Below are positions 54,444 through 64,000 of a stretch of 64,000 bases of DNA, in pieces. Positions within the stretch are counted from its first letter, which is position 1. Each line of letters opens with the position of its first letter. Source of the stretch: Candidatus Omnitrophota bacterium (GTDB taxonomy: Bacteria > Omnitrophota > Gorgyraeia > Duberdicusellales > 4484-171). The position numbers were made by a program, and so were the translations under genes. A model generated the notes under the pieces. It did not search any database, was not told where the DNA came from, and saw only the letters and a program-made list of their open reading frames with translations. The stretch covers positions 11,801-75,800 of the forward strand of contig JBDRJF010000001.1 of the NCBI GenBank assembly GCA_043815185.1. Reading direction: 5' to 3'.

Positions 54444-56894
54444 TCAATATCTCGAACCATCCTCTAGTGTGTTTAACCTTGCCTCAGCTATCCTGCTTTC
54501 CTCCACTCCTAGGTCGATGATTTTTTGATAAATTTTCTTTGCTTCTTGATTATTCCCTATCTTCTCATAAATTCGAGCAATATGGAAGTATGCTTTAACA
54601 TTATACTGCTCAGAACCGTTAGGCTCTAATTGCTGCTCACCAGCCCCAGCATAAATCACTTTGAAATACTCCTCTATCGCCTCTTGCCTCTGATCAACCT
54701 TCTCCAGACACAACCCCAGGGTAAATCTTAACTCCGGATAATCTATGCCTTGCTCAATTGCCCGTTGAAAAATTAGTATTGCCGGACGATAATCCTTCAT
54801 CTCTTTTAGAAGAAATGCCTTATCCACCAGAGCAACCTTAGAAACTGGTAAATTCAAACCTATCAGCTCATCGTATAATTTCAGGGCTTCTTGGCTTGAG
54901 CCTTTCTGAACAAAAATCTTTGCTAAATAAAGCTTACCTTTTAAGGCTAGTGGCGTATCTCGTTTCGATAATCTTTCAAAATAGTCACCGGCTCTTTCTA
55001 GATTACCTCCGCTCCAATAAAGATGCCCTAAAGAAAGTAAGGCTTCTTGGGCCGAAGAAGTTTCTTTATAGTCACTGATAACTTTTTTATAGTATTTTTC
55101 AGCCTCAAAATAGTTTTTCTCCTTTTCATGCAAACCCCCCAAATATAGCGCTACTGAAGCTGCATACTGCGAGTTGGGATAGTGGGTGAGAAAATCTTCC
55201 CATACCTTTTTGGCTTTATCGAAGAAAGATAAGTTAAGGTAGGCGTTACCCATGTCAAGATAGGCCAACTCGGCGATCTCTTCGTCTTTAAATCTTCCGA
55301 TCAATCTTTCAAAAATCAAAAGAGCATCGTCATAATTTTCCTGGTTAAAAAGACACTTTCCATAAAGATAGTGGGCATTGGAAATCAATTCATTCTCGGG
55401 AAATTTGTCGATGAAATCGTTTAACAAATTCTTGGCTTCCGCATAATCACCACAGGAAAAATAACCCACAGCCAAATAATACTGAACTTGCGGAATTAGT
55501 TTCGAAGAAGAAAAGTTATTCTTAAGATTTTTTAGGGCTAAGAAGGCTTTCTCTAACTCCTTTTTCTTTAAAAAACACATTCCGATTTGAAATTGAATAT
55601 AGTCTGCATATACCGTATTAGGTTGATCTCTTAGAATACTATTGTAAATATTTAAAGCTTCATCGAATTTGTCGATTTCTTGATAAGCATCGGCAATTTG
55701 AATCTGGGAGCTTGCCTCTACAACCGGATTATTGGCATATTTTAAGGTACTCTTGAACTCAGCGATTGCTTCTTTGAATTTACCATTCTTTAAATAACAC
55801 CAGGCTAAACCGTAATGGGCCTTGTTAAGGCTATTGGCATGCTGGGGAACTTTAAAATTGCCTAGTATATATTTATAAACCGAAATAGAGTCATTCAACC
55901 TCCCCATTTCATAAAGAGTATCCGCTTTATTTGAATAGGAATCGATTAAAGACTCAGACTTAGGGTAATCTCTTATAAAAATATTGAATGTCTCAAGAGC
56001 CTGGATATAGTCATGGGTCTTAAAATAATAAACTCCTTGAGAGAAAAGACGCAATTCCTTATCTTTTATTTTATCAATGTTATTCTTGGCCTCAATCTTA
56101 TTCCCCTTCTCAATATAAGTAAATCCTATTCCTTGATAAATTAAATCTTGAAGCTCTAAGTCAGGGATATCCCCTAAAGCGCTCCGATAATTCTTTAAAG
56201 CTTTATTCCACTCGTCGGTAACATAATAGGCTTCTCCTAAATAAAAATACACCTTTGCCTTGAGGTTTCCCTGAGGGAACTCGCTTATATACTTCTCAGC
56301 CAAAGATATAATCTGAGGATATTCCTTCTTTTGCAAATAAAGGTTTAAAGCTTGAGAATATGCATTGCTGAGCACCTCTTCCTGCGGGCACTCCGCTATT
56401 ATCCTATTAAATACTTCTTGGGCTTGATTTTTATTCCCAAGCTCTAACTTACAGATGGCTTGTAAATATTGAGCCTCCCAGATGAATCGCGATTTGGGGT
56501 AACTTTCGAGAATCTTATATGCGTAGCTCAAGGCTCCATCAAAATCCCTTCCTTTGAAATAAATGACACTTAACCAATAGTAAGTTTCACTAAGAACATC
56601 ATCGCTGGGCTTACCTCGCTCAACTTCAGTAAGGGTAGATAGAGCTTTTGAGTAATCCTCTTTGTAGTGATAACACTTTGCGATATAAAGTTTGGCTTCA
56701 TAAATTAAAGAGCTTTCCGGAAAATCAGTAATAAATCTTTTAAAAAGCGATAGCGAAGCATCGTAAAAGCTATCCGAGAAAGCTTTACCCGCAATATGGA
56801 ACCTCTCTTCTTCTCCGTCATAAGAAAAACCCCAAGACACGGTAAATATCAGCAAGGCCAGAACCAAAGTAAAAGTTTTTAAACTTATCCGCAT
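54444..56894 (-). CDS. Secreted tetratricopeptide-repeat protein (816 aa; YbgF/CpoB-like repeats)
   Basis: N-terminal signal peptide followed by ~20 TPR units with a recurring A..Y..G...Y..A pattern. Confidence 0.8.
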   Translation of the reverse strand: MRISLKTFTLVLALLIFTVSWGFSYDGEEERFHIAGKAFSDSFYDASLSLFKRFITDFPESSLIYEAKLYIAKCYHYKEDYSKALSTLTEVERGKPSDDVLSETYYWLSVIYFKGRDFDGALSYAYKILESYPKSRFIWEAQYLQAICKLELGNKNQAQEVFNRIIAECPQEEVLSNAYSQALNLYLQKKEYPQIISLAEKYISEFPQGNLKAKVYFYLGEAYYVTDEWNKALKNYRSALGDIPDLELQDLIYQGIGFTYIEKGNKIEAKNNIDKIKDKELRLFSQGVYYFKTHDYIQALETFNIFIRDYPKSESLIDSYSNKADTLYEMGRLNDSISVYKYILGNFKVPQHANSLNKAHYGLAWCYLKNGKFKEAIAEFKSTLKYANNPVVEASSQIQIADAYQEIDKFDEALNIYNSILRDQPNTVYADYIQFQIGMCFLKKKELEKAFLALKNLKNNFSSSKLIPQVQYYLAVGYFSCGDYAEAKNLLNDFIDKFPENELISNAHYLYGKCLFNQENYDDALLIFERLIGRFKDEEIAELAYLDMGNAYLNLSFFDKAKKVWEDFLTHYPNSQYAASVALYLGGLHEKEKNYFEAEKYYKKVISDYKETSSAQEALLSLGHLYWSGGNLERAGDYFERLSKRDTPLALKGKLYLAKIFVQKGSSQEALKLYDELIGLNLPVSKVALVDKAFLLKEMKDYRPAILIFQRAIEQGIDYPELRFTLGLCLEKVDQRQEAIEEYFKVIYAGAGEQQLEPNGSEQYNVKAYFHIARIYEKIGNNQEAKKIYQKIIDLGVEESRIAEARLNTLEDGSRY

Positions 56895-56905
56895 ATTATA
56901 GATTG

Positions 56906-59695
56906 TTAGCTAAGTTTGTTCCTCAGGAACTGGCCGGTATAGGAAGTTGGACAATCAGCCACCTCCTCCGGCGTTCCGCTCACGACAACATCTCCTCCAG
57001 CGTCTCCGCCTTCTGGACCTAAATCGATAATGTAATCGGCACATTTTATCACATCTAAATTGTGCTCAATAATTAAAATTGTATTTTTTTTATCTACTAA
57101 TCGGTGCAACACCGATAAGAGCTTCTTTATGTCATCAAAATGTAAGCCGGTTGTGGGTTCATCCAGAATATAAATAGTTTTCCCGGTTGCTTTTTTTCGT
57201 AATTGCGAAGCGAGCTTAATTCTTTGAGCCTCCCCACCAGAAAGTGTAGTGGCGGATTGACCCAAGCCGATATAGCCCAACCCTACATCTTTCAAAGTTT
57301 GCAAAATATTTTTTATCCGGGGAAAATTCACAAATAATTCATAAGCTTTATCCACGTTCAGTTCTAAAACATCAGCGATACTTTTTCCTTTAAATTTTAT
57401 CTCTAAGGTCTGTTTGTTAAAACGTTTACCGGAACACTTTTCGCAGGGTACATAGACATCGGGTAAAAAATGCATCTCAATCTTTTTGGTTCCCTCACCC
57501 CTGCACTCCTGACATCGGCCTCCAGACAGATTAAAGCTAAACCGGGCCGGTTTATATCCTCGCATTCTTGCATCCGGTAAATCCTGAAAAACATCCCTGA
57601 TATAACTAAATACTCCGGTATAGGTTGCCGGATTAGACCGGGGAGTCCGGCCAATCGGGGACTGATCTACGATAATCACCTTATCAATATTTTCTAAACC
57701 CTCAATTTTTTTAAACCTACCCGGCTTCTCTCGTGAATTATATAGCTCTTTGGCTAAAGCTCGATAAAGAATGTCTTCTACTAAAGTTGATTTACCTGAA
57801 CCAGAAACTCCAGTAATACAAACAAAGGTTTCTAAAGGGATCTTTATATTTATGTTTTTTAAATTATGCTCGCAAGCACCAAATATATCTAAGGTTGGCC
57901 TACCTTTATAGTGCCTTCTCGCTAAAGGCTTAGCTATAAACAGATCCCTTCGTAAATATCTGGCAGTGAGGGTATCTTGAGTAAGTAACTTATCCTTTGG
58001 GCCCGAATAAACAATCCTTCCGCCTTTTATCCCTGCTCCCGGTCCTAAATCAACTACCCAATCACTGGCCTGAATCATCTGTTCATCGTGCTCGACGACG
58101 ATTATTGTATTGCCCAAATTTTTCAACTTTTTCAGAGTATTAATCAACTTGGCATCGTCCCGCGAATGTAAACCAATAGTTGGCTCATCAAGAATATAAA
58201 TCACCCCGGATAACGATGAGCCCACCTGGGTAGCTAATTTTATTCTTTGCACTTCTCCACCGGACAAAGTAGAACTTAACCGGTCTAAAGAAAGATATGA
58301 TAATCCTACATCAATGCAAAAACTAAGCCGCTGCTTTATCTCCTTGGTAATTAAAGTAGCAATTTTTTCTTCAGAATCCGATAGTTTTAGCGAAGTGAAG
58401 AACTCAAAGCATTTCTCGATACTCATTCTTACTATATCCCATATCGATTGAGTACCAACATAGACACTTAGGGCTTCTTTACTCAAACGTTGGCCTGAAC
58501 ATCCGGGGCAGGATAACTTTGACATATATTTAGCAATCTCTGTTTTTCGGTAATGGCTATCGGTAGTATTAAACAATCTCTCTAAATTGGGAATAACTCC
58601 TTCAAAAGGCTTATCCCAAACATAAGTATCTTCGTCGCCATAAAGAATCTTTTCACTCATTTTCTTTGGCAGGCGATTAAAGGGGGTATCTAATGATATT
58701 TTTAATCCTTTAGCCAACTCTCGCAGGAGCGCTTGATAATACATAATATACCCCCGGCTGCCCCTTCGCCAAGCTGCAATAGCTCCCTCTCTTAGGGTTT
58801 TCTTGGGCTCGGGTATGATCAAATCAAGATCAAACTCTAACTTTATGCCCAAACCCTTACAATCCGGACAGGCTCCGTAGGGAGAATTAAAAGAAAACGT
58901 TCTTGGTTCCATCTCACCTAAAGATATTCCGCAAGCACTGCAACTTAATTGGGTATTAAATAAGCTCTCTTGAGAATTAGTATCATCATAAATCAAACAA
59001 AACCCGCCGGAATATTTTAGGGCTGTCTCCAAAGAATCAGCAATCCTCTCCTTGTAATCACCAGATACTTTAATCCGATCTACAACGATTTCAATAGTAT
59101 GCAACTTGTACCGGTCAAGCTTTATCCTTTCGCTTAATTCATAAATTTTTCCGTCAACTCGCACTCGTACAAAACCCTCCTTAAGCAGCCGCGTAAACAG
59201 AGCTTGGTATTGTCCTTTTTTACCCCTGACAATGGAAGAAAGGATAAAAATCTTATGCTTCTCAGGAAGCTTAAGAACCCGATCAATTATCTCTTGAGTT
59301 GTCTGTTTGGTAATCGGCCTAAGGCACCGGGGACAATGAGGCTTGCCAATCCGGGCAAAAAGTAACCGCAAATAATCATAGATTTCGGTTTGAGTAGCCA
59401 CAATAGAACGAGGCGAACCGCCAGCACTCCTCTGTTCGATAGCAATTGCCGGAGAAAGCCCTTCAATATGTTCTATATCCGGTTTCTGAAGCTGCTCCAA
59501 AAACTGACGGGCATAACTAGACAGGCTCTCAACATAGCGGCGCTGGCCTTCAGCATAAATAGTATCAAAGGCTAAAGATGACTTACCCGAACCCGATAAA
59601 CCGGTAACTACTACCAGCTTATTTTTAGGTATCTTAAGATTAACGTTCTTTAGGTTATGCTCACGGGCACCCTTTATAACTATATAGTTATCCAT
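56906..59695 (-). CDS. uvrA: Excinuclease ABC subunit A
   Basis: 929 aa with two ABC ATPase modules ([18 protein letters not shown]) and Zn fingers. Confidence 0.95.
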   Translation of the reverse strand: MDNYIVIKGAREHNLKNVNLKIPKNKLVVVTGLSGSGKSSLAFDTIYAEGQRRYVESLSSYARQFLEQLQKPDIEHIEGLSPAIAIEQRSAGGSPRSIVATQTEIYDYLRLLFARIGKPHCPRCLRPITKQTTQEIIDRVLKLPEKHKIFILSSIVRGKKGQYQALFTRLLKEGFVRVRVDGKIYELSERIKLDRYKLHTIEIVVDRIKVSGDYKERIADSLETALKYSGGFCLIYDDTNSQESLFNTQLSCSACGISLGEMEPRTFSFNSPYGACPDCKGLGIKLEFDLDLIIPEPKKTLREGAIAAWRRGSRGYIMYYQALLRELAKGLKISLDTPFNRLPKKMSEKILYGDEDTYVWDKPFEGVIPNLERLFNTTDSHYRKTEIAKYMSKLSCPGCSGQRLSKEALSVYVGTQSIWDIVRMSIEKCFEFFTSLKLSDSEEKIATLITKEIKQRLSFCIDVGLSYLSLDRLSSTLSGGEVQRIKLATQVGSSLSGVIYILDEPTIGLHSRDDAKLINTLKKLKNLGNTIIVVEHDEQMIQASDWVVDLGPGAGIKGGRIVYSGPKDKLLTQDTLTARYLRRDLFIAKPLARRHYKGRPTLDIFGACEHNLKNINIKIPLETFVCITGVSGSGKSTLVEDILYRALAKELYNSREKPGRFKKIEGLENIDKVIIVDQSPIGRTPRSNPATYTGVFSYIRDVFQDLPDARMRGYKPARFSFNLSGGRCQECRGEGTKKIEMHFLPDVYVPCEKCSGKRFNKQTLEIKFKGKSIADVLELNVDKAYELFVNFPRIKNILQTLKDVGLGYIGLGQSATTLSGGEAQRIKLASQLRKKATGKTIYILDEPTTGLHFDDIKKLLSVLHRLVDKKNTILIIEHNLDVIKCADYIIDLGPEGGDAGGDVVVSGTPEEVADCPTSYTGQFLRNKLS

Positions 59696-59719
59696 ACCAG
59701 AGGGAAAAAAATAAAAGTG

Positions 59720-60538
59720 CTAGCTTCCGATTTTTAAAGAAGAAAATATTTTCTTTAGTAATTGCTGGGTGGAAAGAATAGCTAAAGCACTTGTTTTCGG
59801 GTTTGATTTCGAAGGGATATTCTCTACTTTAATGTTTAATTTGGCTTCCTCAGAATCTACGGCTATGTGATGGACATTCCGCTTTAGTCTTGGATCGGCT
59901 TTGATGCAGACCTCTACCCTTTTAAAGGCTGAAGCCAAAGATATAACCGCGGCAACATTTATATTTTGCGGAAAGTGTCGTATTGCCTCTTTCACCCCAC
60001 CCCTAAATACAACCTTTTCTTTCTTTAAACCTGTTAAATCTATTCTCTTCTTCTTCAAATAATCTGCACCGATAAGCCCTAGCGGTGGCTTAGATGTGGT
60101 CAAAGACACTTTCTTGATCTTACCCATACTTAAAGCACCTAGGCCATCTACCCCTGAAATTGCTCCTGAAGAGACATAGATATTGATCTTCGCCCGCGCG
60201 GCTTCTTTAAGCAGAGAAGCTTTGTCAATAAGGGCACCTACGCTAAGAATAATTAAATCCTTGCGATAGATGATTACCTTTTTCAGAAGAAAACCGGCTG
60301 CTGAAGCTGAGGCAGTCTCAATCACTAAATCCACCTTTTTAACTAAGGTAATAGTGTCATATATTTTGGGTGCAGATTGCAATTTCTTTTGCAGCCTCTT
60401 AGCTGCTAATATATCTTTATCAGCCAAAGCATAGACAACTGCTGAAGACTTTAAGTTCTTATCAATATACGCAGCAACCCCCCCTCCGATTGCCCCGCAA
60501 CCAACTATTCCAATCTTTACTCTCTTAACCTTTGACAT
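59720..60538 (-). CDS. nadX: L-aspartate dehydrogenase
   Basis: 272 aa with GCGAIG Rossmann, PRNINVA and ENIPSKSNPKTS motifs as in Thermotoga TM1643-type NadX. Confidence 0.8.
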   Translation of the reverse strand: MSKVKRVKIGIVGCGAIGGGVAAYIDKNLKSSAVVYALADKDILAAKRLQKKLQSAPKIYDTITLVKKVDLVIETASASAAGFLLKKVIIYRKDLIILSVGALIDKASLLKEAARAKINIYVSSGAISGVDGLGALSMGKIKKVSLTTSKPPLGLIGADYLKKKRIDLTGLKKEKVVFRGGVKEAIRHFPQNINVAAVISLASAFKRVEVCIKADPRLKRNVHHIAVDSEEAKLNIKVENIPSKSNPKTSALAILSTQQLLKKIFSSLKIGS

Positions 60539-61376
60539 TTAAAATAATATTGTCGATTAAACGCACTTTTTTAATATAAACTGCTAAAGCAATTAATACT
60601 TTACCTCTTATTCTAGTAAGCCGCTTAAGGTTATCGGCATCTACTATCGCAATATAATTTATTTTAGCTAACTTCTTAGATTTGACAACCTGTTTCATTT
60701 GATCAATTACCTTTTGGCTATTCCTACAACCTTCGCGGATGAGCTTCCTTGCTAAAGATAAAGCTTCGTAGAGACAGCCGCAGTCATCTCGGTCATAACT
60801 ATCTAGACAGACATTCCGCGAACTCATCGCTAAACCATCCTCCTCCCTTATTATCGGAGAAACCCTTAATCTAAGCGAAAAATTAAGATCATCGATTAAT
60901 CGCTTTACAATCCGAGTTTGCTGATAATCCTTTTGACCAAAATAAACAATATCCGGCTCAATAATATTAAATAATTTGGTAAGAATAGTAACAACACCCC
61001 GGAAATGTCCGGGACGCGGCCTGCCGCATAATAGTTTACTTAAACTGCCCTCGTCAACATAAACAGAGACCCCTGAAGGATAAATATTGTTCACATTGGG
61101 AGAAAATAATAAGTCTACTCCTTCTTTCTCAAGAAGCCTTTTATCTTGAGAGAGGTTTCGCGGATAGCGACAATAGTCTTCTTTTGGCCCAAATTGAGTA
61201 GGATTTACAAAAATGCTTACCACCAAGAAATCGCACTCTTCCCTGGCTCTTTTGACTAAAGAAAGATGCCCTTTATGTAAAGCTCCCATAGTAGGAACAA
61301 AACCTATTAGTTCACCCTTCTGCTGATGTCTTCGAGATGCTTCTCTTACTCTTTTAATGCTTCCGCTAGTAATCAT
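60525..61376 (-). CDS. panC: Pantoate--beta-alanine ligase
   Basis: 283 aa with PTMGALHKGH and the SSRN motif. Confidence 0.9.
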   Translation of the reverse strand: MITSGSIKRVREASRRHQQKGELIGFVPTMGALHKGHLSLVKRAREECDFLVVSIFVNPTQFGPKEDYCRYPRNLSQDKRLLEKEGVDLLFSPNVNNIYPSGVSVYVDEGSLSKLLCGRPRPGHFRGVVTILTKLFNIIEPDIVYFGQKDYQQTRIVKRLIDDLNFSLRLRVSPIIREEDGLAMSSRNVCLDSYDRDDCGCLYEALSLARKLIREGCRNSQKVIDQMKQVVKSKKLAKINYIAIVDADNLKRLTRIRGKVLIALAVYIKKVRLIDNIILNVKG

Positions 61377-61822
61377 CTACAGTCATACTTACTTTGTAAC
61401 CCTTCTATTGTCTTAATAAGCTTAGGTTCGATTTCTAAAAGCGGCCCGATTACAAAGGCCCGTTCGAGCATCCGGGGATGAGGAACTTTAAGATCAGGCT
61501 CATCTATCTCTTCCTCCCCGTAGAGAAGGATATCTAAATCAATTGTTCGGGGCGCATTTTTAAATGGGCGCTTTCTCCCCAGGTGCCCCTCAATAACTTG
61601 TAATTGCTGTAATAATTCCCGGGCTCCTAAATTGGTTTTTATCTTCAAAACTGCGTTTAAATACTTCTTTTGGCCCGGGGCAGCATCAGGTTCAGTTTCA
61701 ATTATCGATGACACTCTCTCAACCAGAATCTCCGGGGCATCCTTTAAATTATCAATCGCTTGGTTAATATAATCAATTCTGTCGCCAAGATTGGAACCGG
61801 CGCCTATAAAGACAGTTACCAT
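61373..61822 (-). CDS. folK: 6-hydroxymethyl-7,8-dihydropterin pyrophosphokinase
   Basis: 149 aa (IGAGSNLGD..., RTIDLDIL). Confidence 0.88.
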   Translation of the reverse strand: MVTVFIGAGSNLGDRIDYINQAIDNLKDAPEILVERVSSIIETEPDAAPGQKKYLNAVLKIKTNLGARELLQQLQVIEGHLGRKRPFKNAPRTIDLDILLYGEEEIDEPDLKVPHPRMLERAFVIGPLLEIEPKLIKTIEGLQSKYDCR

Positions 61823-61827
61823 ATTTA

Positions 61828-63432
61828 CTATTGGGAAAATTTATTGGTAATCGGCATACGTCTATCTTTACCAAAGGCTCGAGGGGTGATTTTTATGCCT
61901 ATTGGTGCTTGACGCCGTTTATACTCATTAGAGTCAACCAGCTTAATTACCTTCTTAACCAGACTCTTGGCAAATCCCTTTTTAGCTATCGCATCTGCCG
62001 AATAATCTTCTTCCACGTATAGCTTTAAGATCGGGTCAAGCAGGCTATAGGCTGGAAGGCTATCAATATCCTTCTGATTAGGCCTCAGTTCTGCTGAGGG
62101 AGCTCTTTTTATCACTGAACCAGGAATGATTTGTTGGGAATTAATCTTATTTATATACCTGGCTATTCTATATACCAACATTTTATATACATCGCTTAAA
62201 ATCCCAAATCCACCAACCATATCGCCGTAAAGGGTACAATAACCGCAAGAAACTTCACTCTTATTGCCGGTATTAAGTACAAGATATCCGAATTTGTTGG
62301 AAAAAGCCATTAGAATATTTCCGCGAATTCTAGCCTGAAGGTTTTCTTCTGCTTTATGCCTCTTGCCACTACCCAAATAAGGCTTAAGGTCTTCAAGGTA
62401 AGTTTGTAGTATCTTGTCGATTCCTACTATCGAATATCTTATCCCCAGATTCTTACAAACCTGCTTTGCATCTCGGAAAGTACCGTTAGAAGTATAAGCT
62501 GAAGGCATAATCAGGCCACATACATTCACTCTGCCTAAAGCTTCACAAGCTAAAGCAGCCACAACCGCAGAATCAATGCCTCCGCTTACGCCTACAATCA
62601 CCTTTTTGAATCCATTCTTCTTAACATAATCACCAAGGCCCAGCCGTAATGCTGAAAATGCCTCTTCAGCCTCGTTAACAATAACCTTTTTAAGAGGATA
62701 ATTCTTCCTCTTATTGAGATTGAAAATAAGTAAGTCTTCGGAAAATCTCTTGGCAAAGGCAATAAGTTTACCTGAAGGCGATAGAACCTTGCTGGTTCCA
62801 TCAAAGACTAGTGCATCCTGGCCTCCCACTAAATTACAATAGAACACAAAACTCTTTATTCTTTTAGCAGCATGAGCTAAAACCTTCTCTCTAATACTTA
62901 CCTTACCCAAATGAAATGGCGAAGCAGAAATATTAACCACGAAATCAGGAGATTTTTCTCTTAAAGAATTAATAGCCTTCTCTTCCCAGATATCTTCACA
63001 AATACTCACCGCGAAAGAAAAGCCTTTAACAGTATAGACTGGTAATTTGTTACCCGGAGAAAAGTACCTCTTTTCGTCAAAGACCCCATAATTAGGCAGA
63101 ATATTTTTCCGGTAAATACCGTCGATCTTACTGTTACGGATTAAAGCACAAGAATTGTATATGGCATCCCCATTCTTATCTACAAAACCAACCAAAACAG
63201 CTATCCCTTTGCACTCTTTCTTTATCGAACTTAAAACCTGTATATTCTTAGCAATAAAATGGTTTTTTAGGAGTAAATCCTCAGGAGGATATCCCGGTAA
63301 GGCTAGTTCAGGAAAGACCACCAAGTCTGCGTCCTTTTTCCTGGCTTCTCTTATAAAAGCAATAATTTTCGCACAATTCTGCTTTAGGCCTCCAACAGTG
63401 GGATTAATTTGGGCTAAGGCAATCTTAATCAT
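61828..63432 (-). CDS. nadE: Glutamine-dependent NAD+ synthetase
   Basis: 534 aa with an N-terminal nitrilase-like domain (E-K-C) and a C-terminal PP-loop SGGIDS. Confidence 0.9.
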   Translation of the reverse strand: MIKIALAQINPTVGGLKQNCAKIIAFIREARKKDADLVVFPELALPGYPPEDLLLKNHFIAKNIQVLSSIKKECKGIAVLVGFVDKNGDAIYNSCALIRNSKIDGIYRKNILPNYGVFDEKRYFSPGNKLPVYTVKGFSFAVSICEDIWEEKAINSLREKSPDFVVNISASPFHLGKVSIREKVLAHAAKRIKSFVFYCNLVGGQDALVFDGTSKVLSPSGKLIAFAKRFSEDLLIFNLNKRKNYPLKKVIVNEAEEAFSALRLGLGDYVKKNGFKKVIVGVSGGIDSAVVAALACEALGRVNVCGLIMPSAYTSNGTFRDAKQVCKNLGIRYSIVGIDKILQTYLEDLKPYLGSGKRHKAEENLQARIRGNILMAFSNKFGYLVLNTGNKSEVSCGYCTLYGDMVGGFGILSDVYKMLVYRIARYINKINSQQIIPGSVIKRAPSAELRPNQKDIDSLPAYSLLDPILKLYVEEDYSADAIAKKGFAKSLVKKVIKLVDSNEYKRRQAPIGIKITPRAFGKDRRMPITNKFSQ

Positions 63433-63464
63433 AACTTTGTATTATACCCCTTTTCCCTGAGTAA

Positions 63465-64000
63465 TCAAGCAGGTCTTCTTCTCCAGCGGAAAAAGAAGAA
63501 AATGCTGATAATTATTACGCCTAATGCCGTAAACTGCGAAGTAGCAAGGGAAAAAATTTCTCCCCGGGGATCTCCTCGATAAAACTCGATAATAAACCTA
63601 AAAATCCCATAACCAAGGCCATAGGAGAGTAAAATCTGGCCACCAAATCTTTGGTGTTTCTTCAAAATTAGAAGAAGCAAAAAAAATAAAAACAGAAAAA
63701 GAGCAGAAACCAGCTGAGTAGGGATGACTTTTACTCCCAAGAAACCAGCTGGAGACTCCGGAGGAAATAAAACTCCCCAACTTGAATCTGTAAACTTACC
63801 GTAACAACATCCGTAATAAAAGCAACCGATTCGACCTAGAGCATGTCCTAAGGGAATACCCAAGGCTGCAATATCGGCAGACTTTAAAAAATTTATCTTA
63901 TACTTCGTGGTTAAGATAAAAACAGTCAAAATTCCCCAAATAAACCCGCCGTAGAAGATAAAACCACTGCGGCTGAAAATAACTCCCAGGGGATTACTTA
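63465..64000 (-). CDS. lgt: Prolipoprotein diacylglyceryl transferase, C-terminal portion (N-terminus beyond window end)
   Basis: Lgt signature-like GRIGCFYYGCCYGKFT and a multi-TM profile. The ORF is in frame to the window edge. Confidence 0.65.
   Translation of the reverse strand, partial: SNPLGVIFSRSGFIFYGGFIWGILTVFILTTKYKINFLKSADIAALGIPLGHALGRIGCFYYGCCYGKFTDSSWGVLFPPESPAGFLGVKVIPTQLVSALFLFLFFLLLLILKKHQRFGGQILLSYGLGYGIFRFIIEFYRGDPRGEIFSLATSQFTALGVIIISIFFFFRWRRRPA

Overview
This 64 kb window is a gene-dense bacterial core-genome region in which every gene I can support (about 79) lies on the minus strand. It looks like an uncultivated or deep-branching lineage, with roughly 40% GC, lysine-rich extensions on several ribosomal proteins and no rpmD. 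From high to low coordinates it contains lgt (partial), nadE-folK-panC-nadX, uvrA, and a TPR-exbB-exbD operon with four small unknown genes including a PilX-N-like pseudopilin. These are followed by tRNA-Ala, rsmE, an mtaB-like methylthiotransferase, rluB, gmhB, a GT28 glycosyltransferase, priA, fmt, acyP and ligA. Next come tRNA-Thr, rpmG and tRNA-Trp, and then an uninterrupted ribosomal and transcription supercluster of about 30 kb (secE-nusG-rplKAJL-rpoBC-rpsLG-fusA-tuf-S10-spc-alpha, ending at rplQ). The low-coordinate end holds a metabolic block (aspartate aminotransferase, archaeal-type leuC, pilT, leuD, isocitrate/isopropylmalate dehydrogenase, mdh, lpd-like, acyl-CoA dehydrogenase) and aroK-dprA-topA (partial). 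I found no mobile elements, CRISPR arrays, integrases, reverse transcriptases or recognisable defence or toxin systems. All plus-strand ORFs in the track look like antisense artefacts. The ORF track misses rpmJ, rpmG, three tRNAs and the edge-truncated topA and lgt. The most unusual points are: a PriA homolog that appears to lack Walker A, DExH and arginine-finger motifs but keeps the Cys-rich zinc domain; pilT inserted between leuC and leuD; a small family of paired-palindrome intergenic repeats (three copies); and a four-cysteine insertion in EF-Tu.
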